Shown: positions 29,315-41,155, counted from the first letter of the stretch. The stretch is 64,000 bases of DNA from Actinomycetota bacterium (GCA_046735375.1 JBKPTD010000041.1:35395-99394), one strand, 5' to 3'. The notes: generated by a model from the letters alone, not told the origin. A program made the numbers and translations.

Positions 29315-29315
29315 C

Positions 29316-29687
29316 TCAGGCTGCCACGAAGACGCCAGGGACCTGCAGGGATGCTTCCGGCCGGCTTGGCATCCGATCGGGGTGACCAGCCGGAACCCTC
29401 TCGAAGACACTGCGCAGGTCGTCCGCGGTGGTCAGCTCGGCAATGGCGATCTGGTCGCTCACCTCACGGAAGACCTCGGACATCGGCACCCCGAGCGCTT
29501 CGCAGATGCTTGCCAGCAGCTCGGACGAGGCTTCCTTCTGCCCGCGTTCCACCTCGGACAGATAACCAAGAGATACCCGCGCGGCCTTCGACACCTCGCG
29601 AAGGGTGCGTCCCTGCCCCTGCCGATGGCGACGAAGGACATCGCCAAGCAGGCGACGGAGCAAGATCACCGGCACGCACCCCCTCAT
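29316..29687 (-). CDS. XRE-family HTH regulator, ClgR-like
   Basis: [41 protein letters not shown] is the ClgR-type HTH. Located downstream of cinA-pgsA, as in other actinobacteria. Start chosen at MRGCVPV (29687) so that it does not overlap cinA. Confidence 0.65.
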   Translation of the reverse strand: MRGCVPVILLRRLLGDVLRRHRQGQGRTLREVSKAARVSLGYLSEVERGQKEASSELLASICEALGVPMSEVFREVSDQIAIAELTTADDLRSVFERVPAGHPDRMPSRPEASLQVPGVFVAA

Positions 29688-29709
29688 GGGCTTCGATCGG
29701 ACCAACTCG

Positions 29710-30243
29710 TCACTCCACCGTACCTGCTGATGCCGACAACTGCCCGTCACTGGCCCGCAGTGTCCGGCAGAGCAGCTCAAGCGCACCGATCACTGCCTCC
29801 GTTCGGATCTCGCGACGGCTTCCTGTCAGGGTCAACGCGGCCACTGATCGGGCCGTGTCAGTGCTGACGGCGACGAATACCGTTCCTACTGGCTGTCCAT
29901 CCTGGCTGTCCGGGCCGGCTACGCCCGTCGTGGCGACACCGTAGGTTGCCCTTAGCCGCTGCCGGACCCCCTCAGCCATCGCGAGCGCAACGTCGGCGTC
30001 GACCGCGCCGCGCTCGGCGAGCAGCGACGGGTCCACGCCGAGCAGGCGCTCCTTGATCGTGGTCGCATATGCCGTGATCGACCCAACGAAGACGTCTGAT
30101 GCCCCCGCTCGCTCGGTGATCGCTGCGGCGACGAGGCCGCCGGTCAAAGACTCGGCCACCGCGACCATTTCGTGGCGCCGCAGCAGCGCGTCCTGGATCT
30201 CCGCGACCAGATCGGCCAGGTCACGGTGCTCGGCTGCGCTCAC
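29710..30243 (-). CDS. CinA C-terminal domain protein (nicotinamide-nucleotide amidohydrolase PncC-like)
   Basis: 177 aa with [17 protein letters not shown] and ATTGVAGP motifs. Confidence 0.8.
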   Translation of the reverse strand: MSAAEHRDLADLVAEIQDALLRRHEMVAVAESLTGGLVAAAITERAGASDVFVGSITAYATTIKERLLGVDPSLLAERGAVDADVALAMAEGVRQRLRATYGVATTGVAGPDSQDGQPVGTVFVAVSTDTARSVAALTLTGSRREIRTEAVIGALELLCRTLRASDGQLSASAGTVE

Positions 30244-30896
30244 GCCGCGCTCCGTCGCCGCCGCAGCCGAAAGGCACGAACGACATAGTCAGCTCCGGTC
30301 ACCACGGTCACGATCACGGCTGCCGCCATCACGGCCTGCGCAATGGCTTGCGCCGCACCCTCCAACGGCAGGATGTAGAGGCCGATCGCCAGCACCTGCA
30401 GAGCGGTCTTCACCTTCCCGCCGCGGCTCGCCGGAATGACACCATGCCTGATCACCCAGAATCGCAGCAGAGTCACCCCGACCTCGCGAACAAGCACGAC
30501 AACGGTGACCCACCACGGCAGCTCACCGAGGGCAGACAGTCCGACCAGCGCCGTCCCGGTCAAGGCCTTGTCGGCGATCGGATCCGCGATCTTGCCGAAA
30601 TCGGTGATGAGCCCCCGGCGGCGAGCAAGCTCGCCGTCGAACCTGTCGGTCATCGAGGCCACCACGAAGGTCACGAAAGCAGCCACTCGCCAGCCTGTGT
30701 CGTTCCCGTCATCGTGGAACAAGAACACCGCGAACACCGGGACAAGCAGCATTCGCAGCACCGTCAAAGCGTTGGCGATGTTCCACGCGCTGGCTGACTG
30801 TGCGACCGGCGCGGCCAGCGGGTCGGGTTCACCGTCCAGGTTCCGCCACTTCGCCGCAGCGGATCGTGCGCCGCTCTGATCGGGCTCGGTGCTCAC
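30240..30896 (-). CDS. pgsA: CDP-diacylglycerol--glycerol-3-phosphate 3-phosphatidyltransferase
   Basis: CDP-alcohol phosphatidyltransferase motif region ([14 protein letters not shown]...DGELAR) in a membrane protein. Confidence 0.85.
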   Translation of the reverse strand: MSTEPDQSGARSAAAKWRNLDGEPDPLAAPVAQSASAWNIANALTVLRMLLVPVFAVFLFHDDGNDTGWRVAAFVTFVVASMTDRFDGELARRRGLITDFGKIADPIADKALTGTALVGLSALGELPWWVTVVVLVREVGVTLLRFWVIRHGVIPASRGGKVKTALQVLAIGLYILPLEGAAQAIAQAVMAAAVIVTVVTGADYVVRAFRLRRRRSAA

Positions 30897-32350
30897 CTCG
30901 GCGCGCCGATCGCCACCGCGTGAAGGTCGGCGCCGACCGCATCGACCACGCGTGCCGGTACCAGCTGACCGATGAGGATGTCCGTCGAACCGGCCAGCAT
31001 GGTTGTGCCGTCAACCTCTGGCGCCTGGTGCGCGGCCCTTCCCTCGACGGTCGCCGCGGGGTCCAGCCCGGCATCGGCAGCTGGGCTCTCCACCAGCACG
31101 TCCACGGCTTCGCCGATACGCTCGGCCGCGCGGTCGGCCGCGAGCAGGTCGGCGAGTCCGGCAAGCCGAGCGACCCGCTCGCGGATCTCCTCCGCTGGCA
31201 GCTTGCCCTCCATGCCCGCTGCCTCAGTGCCGTCCTCATCCGAGTAACCGAAGACGCCGACCGCGTCGAGACGCGCGTCGGCCAGGAATTGCTCCAGCAC
31301 TTCCAGGTCTGCCTCGGTCTCGCCAGGGAAGCCGACGATGAAATTCGAGCGGACGCCCGCCGCCGGGCAGCGCTGCCTGATCGCGGCGAGCAGGTCGAGA
31401 AATCGCTCGCTGTCCCCGAAGCGGCGCATCCTGCGCAGCACCGAGGGGCTCGCGTGCTGGAAGGAGAGATCGAAGTACGGAACGACGCCCGCGGTGCCGG
31501 TCATGACATCGACCAAGCTCGGCCGCATCTCTGCCGGCTGCAGGTAGCTCACCCGTACCCGCTCAATGCCGTCGACCGCGGCCAGCTGGGCTAGGACCGT
31601 CTCGAGCAACCGCAGGTCTGCGAGGTCCTTGCCGTACGAGGTGGAATTCTCCGAAACCAGGACGAGTTCGCGCACGCCCTGCTCGGCCAGCCAGCGCGCC
31701 TCCGCGATCAGCTCCGCCGGCCGCCGCGACACGAACGCGCCGCGGAAGCTCGGGATCGCACAAAAGCTGCAGCGCCGGTCGCAGCCAGAGGCGATCTTCA
31801 GCGGAGCAGCCGGTCCGCCAGCCAGCCGCCGTCGCAACACCTGCCGCAAGTGGCCCGGGACGGCGACCGAAGTGCCCGGCCGTTGGGTCGGGGTGATCGG
31901 AAGGAGGCGCCGACGATCTCTCGGAGCAGGTGGCGCCGGCTTCTCACCCGTAAGCACCGAATGGAGCCGTGCGGAGATGTCTGGGTAGTCGTCGAAACCG
32001 AGGACCGCATCCACCTCGGGAAGCGCTGCGGCAAGCTGCTGCCCGTACCGTTCGGCAAGGCACCCCACGGCCACCACCGCCGATGACGTGCCGGACTTCT
32101 TCAGATCCGCCGCATCCAGCAGCGTGTCGATGGAGTCCCGTTTGGCAGCCTCGACGAAACCGCACGTATTGACCAGGACGACCTCGGCCGCTTCGGCATC
32201 CTCCACCAGTAGCCACCCATCGTCGGCCAGCCGCCCGGCCAGCTCTTCCGAGTCGACCTCGTTTCGTGCACAGCCGAGCGTGGTGACGGCAACGGTTCGG
32301 GTGGGGGGCACATGGCGAAGCCTACGGCGTGGGACCAGACCGTCGGTCAC
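30893..32350 (-). CDS. rimO: ribosomal protein S12 methylthiotransferase RimO (MiaB-like radical SAM)
   Basis: MTTase N-domain ([12 protein letters not shown]), a radical-SAM core and a TRAM C-terminus. Lies between pgsA and ftsK. Confidence 0.8.
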   Translation of the reverse strand: MTDGLVPRRRLRHVPPTRTVAVTTLGCARNEVDSEELAGRLADDGWLLVEDAEAAEVVLVNTCGFVEAAKRDSIDTLLDAADLKKSGTSSAVVAVGCLAERYGQQLAAALPEVDAVLGFDDYPDISARLHSVLTGEKPAPPAPRDRRRLLPITPTQRPGTSVAVPGHLRQVLRRRLAGGPAAPLKIASGCDRRCSFCAIPSFRGAFVSRRPAELIAEARWLAEQGVRELVLVSENSTSYGKDLADLRLLETVLAQLAAVDGIERVRVSYLQPAEMRPSLVDVMTGTAGVVPYFDLSFQHASPSVLRRMRRFGDSERFLDLLAAIRQRCPAAGVRSNFIVGFPGETEADLEVLEQFLADARLDAVGVFGYSDEDGTEAAGMEGKLPAEEIRERVARLAGLADLLAADRAAERIGEAVDVLVESPAADAGLDPAATVEGRAAHQAPEVDGTTMLAGSTDILIGQLVPARVVDAVGADLHAVAIGAPR

Positions 32351-34890
32351 ATCCCGCCGCGGATGGTGGCGAGGACATCCTCCAGCTCATCGGGCTTGAT
32401 CAGGACGTCGCGAGCCTTCGGCCCCTCGGAGGGGCCGACGATTCCGCGCGACTCCATCAGGTCCATCAGCCGACCCGCCTTTGCAAAACCCACGCGCAGT
32501 TTGCGCTGCAGCATCGATGTCGATCCGAACTGAGTCGAGACGACATGTTCGATGGCCTGGCACAGCAGGTCGAGATCGTCGCCGATGTCCTCGTCGATCT
32601 CCCGTTTGCCCCTGGACGCGGTGAGAATGTCGTCGCGATAGGACGGCTGGAGCTGCGCTTTGCAGTGCTTGACGACGGCCCGAACCTCGCCCTCGGTGAC
32701 CAGGGCTCCCTGCAGCCGCACCGGCTTTGACGCGCCCATCGGCAGGAAGAGCGCGTCGCCGACGCCCACCAGCTTCTCCGCGCCCGGCTGGTCGAGGATC
32801 ACCCGCGAGTCCATCAGCGACGAGGTCGCGAACGCCAGCCGGGCCGGTACGTTGGCCTTGATCAAACCGGTCACCACATCGACCGACGGCCGTTGGGTCG
32901 CGAGAACCAGATGGATCCCCGCAGCCCGGGCGAGCTGGGTGATCCTGACGATCGCGTCCTCGACATCGCGGGGGGCGATCATCATCAGATCGGCGAGCTC
33001 GTCCACGATCACAAGGAGGAACGGATAGGGCTGGTAGACCCGGTCGCTGCCCGCGGGTGCCGTGAGCTTGCCGGACTTGACCGCGCGGTTGAAGTCGTCG
33101 ACGTGGCGGAAGCCGGTGGCGGCGAGATCGTCGTAGCGCATGTCCATCTCGCGCACGACCCACTGCAGCGCTTCGGCCGCCTTCTTCGGGCTCGTGATGA
33201 TCGGAGTGATCAGGTGCGGGATGCCGTCGTAGTGCGTCAGCTCGACCCGCTTCGGATCGATCAGCACCATGCGGACCTCATCCGGCGTCGCCCTGGTCAG
33301 CACTGACGTGATGAGGGTGTTGATGCACGTCGACTTGCCGGCGCCAGTAGCGCCAGCGACGAGGATGTGCGGCATCTTGGTGAGGTTGGCCACCACGTGC
33401 CGGCCTTCGACGTCCTTGCCGAGACCGACGACCATCGGATGGTGGTCAGCGCGAGCGGCCGGCGAACGTAGGACATCACCGAGGCTGACCAGCTCGCGGT
33501 CGCTGTTGGGGATCTCGATGCCGATTGCAGACTTGCCGGGAATCGGAGACAGGATGCGGACATCGGCGGAGGCGACCGCGTACGCGATGTTCTTCGATAG
33601 CGCCGTGACGCGCTCCACCTTGACGGCAGGTCCGAGCTCCACCTCGTACCGGGTAACCGTCGGTCCCCGAGCGAATCCGGTGACCTGGGCATCGATCTCG
33701 AACTGCTCGAGCACCTCCGTGAGCGCGTCCACCACAGCGTCGTTGGCCCGGCTCCTGGCCCGGTGCGGTGAGCCGGATTTGAGGATGTCGGCCGCCGGCA
33801 GATGGTAGGTGACATCACCTGACAGGAGGAGCTGCTCGCTGCGCAGAGGGGGCAGTGTGTGCGGCGGTGGGTCGGCACGCTGCTGACTCGGCAGGTTCTT
33901 ACGAAGCGCCGCCCGCTCCAGCACGGTCGCGATGTCTGGTCGTGCCCTTCCGCGCGCGGTAGTCGCCGGCCCATCCTCGCTATCGTCCTCGCCGATCTCG
34001 GTCAGCGTGTCGCCCTCGCGGCTGATGCCCGCCAGGGCCCCGATCCGGCGCCGCGTCCTGCCGCGGCGCAGGGGTTCCGCTGCCGTGCCCGCGTCCTCAC
34101 CAGCCTCCCCGCCCGCCCGCTTGCCCGGCAGGCTGACGACCAGGACGGCCAGGCTGCGCAGCCGCTCGGGCAGCGCATAGACGGGGGTCGCGGTCACCAC
34201 GAGCACCCCGAAGGTGGCGAGCAGGCCGAGCAGGACGAGTGCGACGTATTTTGTCAGGGCGGTTACCAGCGGCCAGGCCATGACGAAGCCAATGGCGCCG
34301 CCGGCACCGCTCATCGCAGCAGACCCGTCCCCGGGCTCGGGTGTGCCCGCATAAACATGGATCAGCCCGACGACGCCGAGCAACAGCGCGGTCCAGCCGA
34401 TCACTATCCGTCCGGTCTCGGCAATCTGGTCAGGGTGACGGAGGAAGCGAATCCCCAGCGCGGCGACGAGCAGCGGAACCGCCCACGCCACAAGGCCAAG
34501 GGCGCCTTCAACCCCGCTTGCGACGGTCTCGGGGACCCTCCCGGTGTCCTGTGTCCAAATCGCTGAGGCCAGAATGACGGCCAGTCCGAGCAGGCTAAGC
34601 CCCAAACCATCCCGGCGATGCGCGGGATCGAGCTCACGGGCGCTGTTGCCGAAACCTCGGACGATCCCCCCGATGACATGCGCGGCGCCCAACCAGATCC
34701 CGGCCAGAACGATCCCGATGCCGCGGAAGAACGCGACGATCGGATTGCGCCGAGGCGAACGCTTGCGCGGTGAGCGTGCGGCCGTTGCCTTTGCTTGGCG
34801 CGCTTTTGTTGTCGCGCGCCCATTCGCGGGACCACGTCGCGTGGACCCGGACGAGCGGCTCCGCGTGCTCGCAGACGTACGCGCCGCCAT
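32347..34890 (-). CDS. ftsK: DNA translocase FtsK
   Basis: N-terminal TM helices, a basic linker, a C-terminal motor domain (GATGAGKS) and a gamma domain. Confidence 0.9.
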   Translation of the reverse strand: MAARTSASTRSRSSGSTRRGPANGRATTKARQAKATAARSPRKRSPRRNPIVAFFRGIGIVLAGIWLGAAHVIGGIVRGFGNSARELDPAHRRDGLGLSLLGLAVILASAIWTQDTGRVPETVASGVEGALGLVAWAVPLLVAALGIRFLRHPDQIAETGRIVIGWTALLLGVVGLIHVYAGTPEPGDGSAAMSGAGGAIGFVMAWPLVTALTKYVALVLLGLLATFGVLVVTATPVYALPERLRSLAVLVVSLPGKRAGGEAGEDAGTAAEPLRRGRTRRRIGALAGISREGDTLTEIGEDDSEDGPATTARGRARPDIATVLERAALRKNLPSQQRADPPPHTLPPLRSEQLLLSGDVTYHLPAADILKSGSPHRARSRANDAVVDALTEVLEQFEIDAQVTGFARGPTVTRYEVELGPAVKVERVTALSKNIAYAVASADVRILSPIPGKSAIGIEIPNSDRELVSLGDVLRSPAARADHHPMVVGLGKDVEGRHVVANLTKMPHILVAGATGAGKSTCINTLITSVLTRATPDEVRMVLIDPKRVELTHYDGIPHLITPIITSPKKAAEALQWVVREMDMRYDDLAATGFRHVDDFNRAVKSGKLTAPAGSDRVYQPYPFLLVIVDELADLMMIAPRDVEDAIVRITQLARAAGIHLVLATQRPSVDVVTGLIKANVPARLAFATSSLMDSRVILDQPGAEKLVGVGDALFLPMGASKPVRLQGALVTEGEVRAVVKHCKAQLQPSYRDDILTASRGKREIDEDIGDDLDLLCQAIEHVVSTQFGSTSMLQRKLRVGFAKAGRLMDLMESRGIVGPSEGPKARDVLIKPDELEDVLATIRGGM

Positions 34891-34944
34891 GCTTGCGAGG
34901 CTAGCTGTTCGCCCCGCATTGCCCGGGGAGGCTCGCCCGCCGCG

Positions 34945-36630
34945 TCAGACTTCGACGACGACCGGGACGATCATGGGGCGACGCCGGAACTTCCCGCTGA
35001 CCCAGCGGCCGACCGTTCGCCGCACAACCTGCCGCAGCTGATACAAGTCGGAGACGCCCTCCCGGGCCGCGTCGGCGAGAGCGGCCTCGATCAGAGCGCG
35101 TACCTCGTCGAAGACCGCATCATCCTCGGCGAATCCACGAGCATGGACCTCCGGACCTCCAGTGAGCTTGCCGGTCGCCGAGTCGACCACGACGAAAACG
35201 GAGACGAAGCCCTCCTCGCCCAGAATCCGCCGGTCCTTCAGTTCGGTCTCGCTGACATCGCCGACCGACAACCCGTCGACGTAGACGAATCCACATGGGA
35301 CAGCACCCGTGATCGTGGCTTGACCACCGGTGAGGTCAACGACCACTCCGTCGTCGGCGAGCATGATCCGGTCCTCGGGGATTCCCGTCGCCTGCGCGAG
35401 GGCGGCCGCGGCACGCAGGTGGCGCCACTCCCCGTGCACCGGCATCAGGTTGCGCGGCCGAAGCAGGTTGAAGACAGACAGCAGTTCGCCTGCCGCCGCA
35501 TGCCCTGACACGTGCACGAGCGCGTTGTTCTTGTGAACCACGCGAGCGCCCCACCGCGTCAGCCCGTTGACCACCCGGTTGACTGCGTTCTCGTTGCCTG
35601 GGATCAGCGAGGACGCCAGGATCACCGTGTCGCCTTCGACCACGCGGATCGGGTGATCGCGATTGGCCATCCGGGAGAGGACCGACATCGGCTCACCCTG
35701 AGACCCCGTACATATCAGGGCGACTTCCGACGGCGGGAGCTCATCCAGGTCCTTCACGTCCACCACGAGCCCAGCCGGCACGTGGAGATAGCCGAGGTCC
35801 CGCGCTACGCCCATGTTACGGATCATGGAACGACCGACGAACGCGACCTTCCTGCCGTTCCCCGCCGCGGCGTCGAGGATCTGCTGCACACGATGGACGT
35901 GGCTGGCGAACGAGGCGACGATGACCCGACGCTGGGCACTGGCGAAGACCTGCTGCAGAACCGGCGCGATCTCGCGCTCGCTCGTGACGAAGCCAGGGAC
36001 CTCCGCGTTGGTCGAGTCACAGAGCAGGAGGTCCACGCCCTCCTCGCCGAGGCGCGCAAACGCACGCAGGTCGGTGATCCTCCCGTCGAGTGGCAGCTGG
36101 TCCATCTTGAAGTCGCCGGTGTGAAGCACCATGCCAGCCGGGGTGCGGATCGCCACCGCGAGCGCATCGGGTATCGAGTGGTTGACGGCGACGAATTCGC
36201 AGTCGAATGGACCGATCCGCTCCCGCTGGCCCTCCCTGACCTCCAGCGAATAGGGAGTGATCCGGTGCTCGGCGAGTTTGGACTCGACCAGTGCGAGGGT
36301 CAACCGCGAGCCGACCAGGACGATGTCGGGCTTCTCGCGGAGCAGGTAGGGAACGGCGCCGATATGGTCTTCGTGTGCATGGGTCAGGATGATCGCGTCG
36401 ATCCGGTCCAGCCGAGGCCGCACGTAGTCGAAGTCGGGCAAGATCAGGTCTACGCCAGGCTGATCCGACTCGGGGAAGAGGACGCCGCAGTCGACGACGA
36501 GCAGCCGCCCGGCGTACTCGAAGACCGTCATGTTGCGGCCGATCTCACCAAGGCCGCCGAGCGCGACGATTCGCAGCCCGCCAGCCGGGAGCTCGGCCGG
36601 TAGGCTCAGGTCGGGATGCGCGTGACTCAT
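34945..36630 (-). CDS. rnj: ribonuclease J
   Basis: Metallo-beta-lactamase / beta-CASP fold (ILTHAHEDHIGAVPYLL). Confidence 0.9.
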   Translation of the reverse strand: MSHAHPDLSLPAELPAGGLRIVALGGLGEIGRNMTVFEYAGRLLVVDCGVLFPESDQPGVDLILPDFDYVRPRLDRIDAIILTHAHEDHIGAVPYLLREKPDIVLVGSRLTLALVESKLAEHRITPYSLEVREGQRERIGPFDCEFVAVNHSIPDALAVAIRTPAGMVLHTGDFKMDQLPLDGRITDLRAFARLGEEGVDLLLCDSTNAEVPGFVTSEREIAPVLQQVFASAQRRVIVASFASHVHRVQQILDAAAGNGRKVAFVGRSMIRNMGVARDLGYLHVPAGLVVDVKDLDELPPSEVALICTGSQGEPMSVLSRMANRDHPIRVVEGDTVILASSLIPGNENAVNRVVNGLTRWGARVVHKNNALVHVSGHAAAGELLSVFNLLRPRNLMPVHGEWRHLRAAAALAQATGIPEDRIMLADDGVVVDLTGGQATITGAVPCGFVYVDGLSVGDVSETELKDRRILGEEGFVSVFVVVDSATGKLTGGPEVHARGFAEDDAVFDEVRALIEAALADAAREGVSDLYQLRQVVRRTVGRWVSGKFRRRPMIVPVVVEV

Positions 36631-36688
36631 CGCCGGTCACTCATCGGGGCGGCGACATAGGCGATGTCGAGTGCGGCTGCCGTCAGAG

Positions 36689-37621
36689 TCACGTGAGGAG
36701 TCCGGCGGCGACCAGCGCCGCTCGCAGCTCGGTGACCTGATCGTCGGTCGCGTCCACCAGCGGCGATCGCGTTGCGCGGGAGGTGAGGACCCCCACCAGC
36801 GTGAGTGCCGCCTTCGCCATGATCGCCCCCTGCGACTTCTTGGTCATGATCCCGCGTACGGCCGGTATCAGCTGGCGGTGCAGCCGGAGGGCCTCGGCCA
36901 GATCGCCGGCGAGGACGGCTCGGACCATAGCGCGATAGCTGCCGGCCGCGACGTGCGCGACCACGCTGACCATGCCGACCGCTCCCACCGACAGCCAAGG
37001 CAAGTTGAGCGCATCGTCACCGGAGTAGAAGGCGAGCCCGGATCGAGCGATCACCTCCGATCCGGCGAAGAGGTCTGCCTTGGCGTCCTTCACGGCGACT
37101 ATCCGCTGGTGCTCCGCCAGACGCAGCAGGGTCTCGGTCTCGATCGGCGTGCCGGTTCGGCCGGGGATGTCGTACAGCATCACCGGCAGTCCGGTGGCAT
37201 CGGCGATCGTGCTGAAGTGGCGTACCAGCCCGGCCTGCGGCGGCTTGTTGTAGTAGGGCGTCACGACGAGCAGTGCGTGCGCTCCCGCCTTCTCCGCTTG
37301 ACCGGCCAGCTCGACAGAGTGATGGGTGTCATAGGTGCCGACCCCGGCGACCACTTGGGCTCGGTCGCCGACCGCATCCACGACCGCGCGCACCAACTGC
37401 TCCTTTTCCGCGTCCGAGGTGGTCGGCGACTCTCCGGTCGTACCGCTGACGACAAGGCCGTCACAGCCGGTGTCGACGAGATGCGCGGCAACTCGCTGCG
37501 CACCGTCGAGATCGAGCGATCCGTCGTTGGTGAACGGCGTGACCATTGCGGTGAGCACCCGGCCGAACGGCGCGTGTGTGCCGGCAGATCCAGATGGCGT
37601 CGAGGTGTTGGTCGAAGGCAT
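36689..37621 (-). CDS. dapA: 4-hydroxy-tetrahydrodipicolinate synthase
   Basis: VTPFTNDGSLDLDG...GLVVSGTTGES is the DapA signature. Confidence 0.9.
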   Translation of the reverse strand: MPSTNTSTPSGSAGTHAPFGRVLTAMVTPFTNDGSLDLDGAQRVAAHLVDTGCDGLVVSGTTGESPTTSDAEKEQLVRAVVDAVGDRAQVVAGVGTYDTHHSVELAGQAEKAGAHALLVVTPYYNKPPQAGLVRHFSTIADATGLPVMLYDIPGRTGTPIETETLLRLAEHQRIVAVKDAKADLFAGSEVIARSGLAFYSGDDALNLPWLSVGAVGMVSVVAHVAAGSYRAMVRAVLAGDLAEALRLHRQLIPAVRGIMTKKSQGAIMAKAALTLVGVLTSRATRSPLVDATDDQVTELRAALVAAGLLT

Positions 37622-37766
37622 AACGCGAGGCTACTCGGCCGCGCTGGCGGCCGCGGCAGGACGCCGCGACATAGCCGACAAGATCGCAATGGACCTCGCC
37701 GTCGCCCGCTCGGGGGTCAGGCAGCGGCGAGGCCTTGTCTATCCATCGTCGAACCGGTCAGGAGTG

Positions 37767-38489
37767 TTACGGAGCGACCCGCCCGTGCTCCTCGAAGGCC
37801 GCATAGGTGATCGGCATGAGCCGCGCCCACTCTGCCTCCATCTTCTCCGCGACCATCTCGATCTCACGCTGCGGGAATGACGGATAGCGGGCGTTGTCCC
37901 GCTTGGTGCGCAGCGACAGGAAGTTCATCAGCGACCGAGCGTTGACAGTGACGTACATCGATGAATAGGTCGTCAGAGGCAAGACGATCCGCGCCACCTC
38001 GCGGGCGATCCCAGCGTCGAGCATTTCCTGATAAGCGCGGTAGGCCTCCTCGCACACGCGCCGCGTTGCCTCGTCGACGAGTTTGTACTGCTCCGGGGTG
38101 CCGTCTAGGAAGTTGTAGTGTCCTGGCTTGCCCTCCTGAACCAGCTTCCGCTCCGAGGCGGGCACATAGAAGACCGGTCGCAGCTCGCGATATCTGCCGC
38201 TCTCCTCGTTGTATGAGGCGATCCGGTGTCGCATCATCTCCCGGAACACGAAGATCGGTGCCTGCACGAAGAACGTCATGGAGTTGTGCTCGAACGGAGT
38301 TCCGTGTCGATCTCGCATCAGATAGCCGATCAGTCCCTTTGACCGGGAGGCATCGGCGCTCGCGTCTTCGAGAGATTGCTCACCCTTGGTCGAGACACGC
38401 GCGGCGAAAAGCACGTCGGCGTCTTGCGCGCTCGCGCGGACGAGTTCGACCGCGACGTCGTGCCGGAACTCGATCTCGTATTCGCCCAC
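37767..38489 (-). CDS. thyX: FAD-dependent thymidylate synthase
   Basis: ThyX motif RHRIASYNEESGRY. Confidence 0.9.
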   Translation of the reverse strand: MGEYEIEFRHDVAVELVRASAQDADVLFAARVSTKGEQSLEDASADASRSKGLIGYLMRDRHGTPFEHNSMTFFVQAPIFVFREMMRHRIASYNEESGRYRELRPVFYVPASERKLVQEGKPGHYNFLDGTPEQYKLVDEATRRVCEEAYRAYQEMLDAGIAREVARIVLPLTTYSSMYVTVNARSLMNFLSLRTKRDNARYPSFPQREIEMVAEKMEAEWARLMPITYAAFEEHGRVAP

Positions 38490-38585
38490 GTCGACTCGCC
38501 TCCCCGCCGCCAGGACCGTGCCCAGGACAGACTATTGGCGTCCGCCGACAGATCCGTGCGCCGCGCGGCGCCCGACCTGCTGGAC

Positions 38586-39983
38586 TTACCCCGGTGGGAT
38601 GTTCTGGTTGAGCCGGAAGAAGTTGCCGGGGTCGTACTCCTGCTTCAGCGCGCGAAGCCGGGCGTATTTCGCCGCGCCGTACGCCTGCTCGACGCGTTCC
38701 GTGCCCTCTTCCATCAGGAAGTTCACGTAGACATTGCTGTGATAGGGCTCGAGCGCGGACCAGAACGTCCGCGACCACTCGCGCTCCTCGTCGAAGCCCG
38801 CGCTCGTCGCCGTCGTGGCGTTGATGTTGATGGTGTGACCGGCAGCGCGGCCGGTGAACGCCATGTCATCCTCGCCAACGCGGGAGATCGCACCGCCAAG
38901 CTGGAAGATCGGGAAGGCCGTCAGAGCCGACGTCATCTTCGGCGCATGCTCGGCAATGACGTCGATCACTCCGTCGCTGAGCGTGGCGACATTGCAGGAC
39001 CTGAAGTAGTACCACCACCCAGCGGGGAACGAGGGATCGAACATCGCCTGGTGGTCGAGGAACGGCTTGGGTACGCAGAGGTCAAGCAACGGCGCTCCGA
39101 AAGCCCGCAGCGGTCGGACGACCCGTTCCCCTTCCTCGATCGGACCGGCATAACAGCAGATCACCATGACGACCGGTCGACCGTGCAGCTCGGCCGGGAT
39201 GGCAGCGAGCGGCGGCGCCATCCGGTGTACGACGATGGTGGTGAGCTCATCGGGTACATCGGTGATCCAGTCGCGGTAGAAGCGAAGTACCTCGGCCGAC
39301 TGTTCCATCGGCCAGATCACCGGTCCGGCGAGAACGGTCGGCCCAACGCGATTCAGCCGGAACTCGAACTCGGTGACGATGCCGAAGTTGGGACCCGCCC
39401 CTTGTATGCCCCAGAAGAGATCGCTGTTCTCTTCTGCGCTGGCGACGAGAAGTTCCCCATTGGCAGTGACCACGTCGACGGACATGAGCTGGTCGATGGT
39501 GAGGCCGAACTTGCGCATCAGCCAGCCGATGCCACCGCCCAGGGTGAGTCCAGCGAGCCCGGTGTGGGTGACGATACCGGCGGGCACGGCCAGCCCGAAG
39601 GCCTGCGTCTCCCGGTCGAGCTCGCCGAGCAGAACGCCCGCCTGTGCCCGCACGGTTCCTTTCGCCAGGTCGACGCGCACGCCCTTCATCAAGGACAGGT
39701 CGACGACCATGCCGCCATCGCACACTGACAGACCGGGGAAGCTGTGCCCGCCGCTTCGCACCGCGACCTGGAGGTCGCCTCGTCGCGCTGTGCGTACCGC
39801 CTCGATCACATCGGCAACCCCGGCGCAGCGGGCGATCACCGCGGGGCGGCGATCGATGGAGCCATTCCATACCTGGCGGTGAATCTCGTACGCCTCATCG
39901 CCAGGGCGCACGACCTCGCCGCGGAAGCCGGCTTCGACCTCCTCGAGTAGGCGCAGGTCAACGTCCAGGTGGTTGACGGCCAT
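38586..39983 (-). CDS. FAD-linked oxidase (BBE / vanillyl-alcohol-oxidase PCMH fold)
   Basis: FAD-binding PCMH domain (AVRSGGHSFPG). Start chosen at MAVNHLDVD. The track ORF extends 60 aa further. Confidence 0.75.
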   Translation of the reverse strand: MAVNHLDVDLRLLEEVEAGFRGEVVRPGDEAYEIHRQVWNGSIDRRPAVIARCAGVADVIEAVRTARRGDLQVAVRSGGHSFPGLSVCDGGMVVDLSLMKGVRVDLAKGTVRAQAGVLLGELDRETQAFGLAVPAGIVTHTGLAGLTLGGGIGWLMRKFGLTIDQLMSVDVVTANGELLVASAEENSDLFWGIQGAGPNFGIVTEFEFRLNRVGPTVLAGPVIWPMEQSAEVLRFYRDWITDVPDELTTIVVHRMAPPLAAIPAELHGRPVVMVICCYAGPIEEGERVVRPLRAFGAPLLDLCVPKPFLDHQAMFDPSFPAGWWYYFRSCNVATLSDGVIDVIAEHAPKMTSALTAFPIFQLGGAISRVGEDDMAFTGRAAGHTININATTATSAGFDEEREWSRTFWSALEPYHSNVYVNFLMEEGTERVEQAYGAAKYARLRALKQEYDPGNFFRLNQNIPPG

Positions 39984-40021
39984 CTCTCCCCCGATCCCTC
40001 GTTTGCGCCAGTATCGGCCGG

Positions 40022-41155
40022 TCAGGCGTCGTAGTCGAGGACCACTCGATCGGCGGTGGGATGCGACTGACAGGTCAGGACGTAGCTGTCGGCCAGCTCG
40101 TCGTCCTCCAGCGCGTAATTCCGGTCCATCCGCACCGATCCTTCGAGCAGCTTGGCTCGGCACGTGCCACAGACACCGTTCTTACACGCGAACGGCGCGT
40201 CGCCGCGAATGCGCAATGCCGCCTCGAGGATCGGCTCCGCCGTTACGGAAAGATCGAAGGTCGTACTCCTGCCGTCGAGGACCACGGTCACCGAGGACGC
40301 ATCCGCGGCATCGGATGCGACCGGTTCCGTTGTCCTCGTGCGGACTGGCTCGCCTTCGACGTGGAAGAGCTCGACATGAATGCGCCCGGCCGCTGCTCCA
40401 TGCTCGGTGAGCACCTTGCGCGCGGTCTCGACCATCTCGTACGGCCCGCACAGGAACCACTCGTCGACCGTGTCAGCGGGCAGCAGGTTGTCGAGAAAGA
40501 CGCCGAGCTTGGCGGCATCGATCCGGCCGTGAAGCAGGTCGGCTTCACCCGCATCCCTGGACAGCACGTGGAAGAGGGCGAGCCTCGTCGGATAACGGTT
40601 CTTGAGATCCTCGAGCTCCTCCAGAAACATGATCGAGCTGATCGTCCGATTGCCGTAAAGGAGCGTCACCGTGCTGTCGGGCTCCCGCTCGAGGACGGTC
40701 GCCGCGATCGACAGGATCGGCGTGATCCCCGAGCCCGCAGCGAGCAAGGCATAGTGCTTGGCCTGTGACTGCTCGAGGTGGGTGAAAAAGCGGCCGGTCG
40801 GTGTCATGACATCCAGCACCGCACCGGGTACGAGGTGGCCTTGGGCCCACTCGGAGAAAGCCCCGCCGGGCAGTCGCTTGACCCCGATCCGCAGCACACC
40901 GGAACCGGCCGGGCTGCAGATCGAGTAGTTGCGCCGCACGTCCTCGCCGTTCAGCCCGACGCGAACGGTGAGGTGCTGGCCGTGCACGAAGTCGTACTCG
41001 CCGCGCAGCTCATCCGGCACGTCGAAGGTCACCGCGATGGCGTCCTCGGTAAGACGGTCGACGGCGGCGACGTGCAGCGGATGGAAGACCGCGTGCCGGC
41101 GCGCCGCCGCGGGCGGGGCCTCCGGACCCCGCTCGGCTCGCTGGGCCTCGGGCAT
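40022..41155 (-). CDS. paaE: 1,2-phenylacetyl-CoA epoxidase reductase subunit (FNR-like domain plus plant-type 2Fe-2S)
   Basis: RNYSICS flavin motif, an NAD-binding domain, and a C-terminal CKNGVCGTCRAKL...LTCQSHP cluster. Confidence 0.8.
   Translation of the reverse strand: MPEAQRAERGPEAPPAAARRHAVFHPLHVAAVDRLTEDAIAVTFDVPDELRGEYDFVHGQHLTVRVGLNGEDVRRNYSICSPAGSGVLRIGVKRLPGGAFSEWAQGHLVPGAVLDVMTPTGRFFTHLEQSQAKHYALLAAGSGITPILSIAATVLEREPDSTVTLLYGNRTISSIMFLEELEDLKNRYPTRLALFHVLSRDAGEADLLHGRIDAAKLGVFLDNLLPADTVDEWFLCGPYEMVETARKVLTEHGAAAGRIHVELFHVEGEPVRTRTTEPVASDAADASSVTVVLDGRSTTFDLSVTAEPILEAALRIRGDAPFACKNGVCGTCRAKLLEGSVRMDRNYALEDDELADSYVLTCQSHPTADRVVLDYDA

Noticed and set aside
35512-36603. 363-aa plus-strand ORF
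   Set aside because: Antisense to rnj. No conserved features.
38376-39728. 450-aa plus-strand ORF
   Set aside because: Antisense to the FAD-linked oxidase and thyX.
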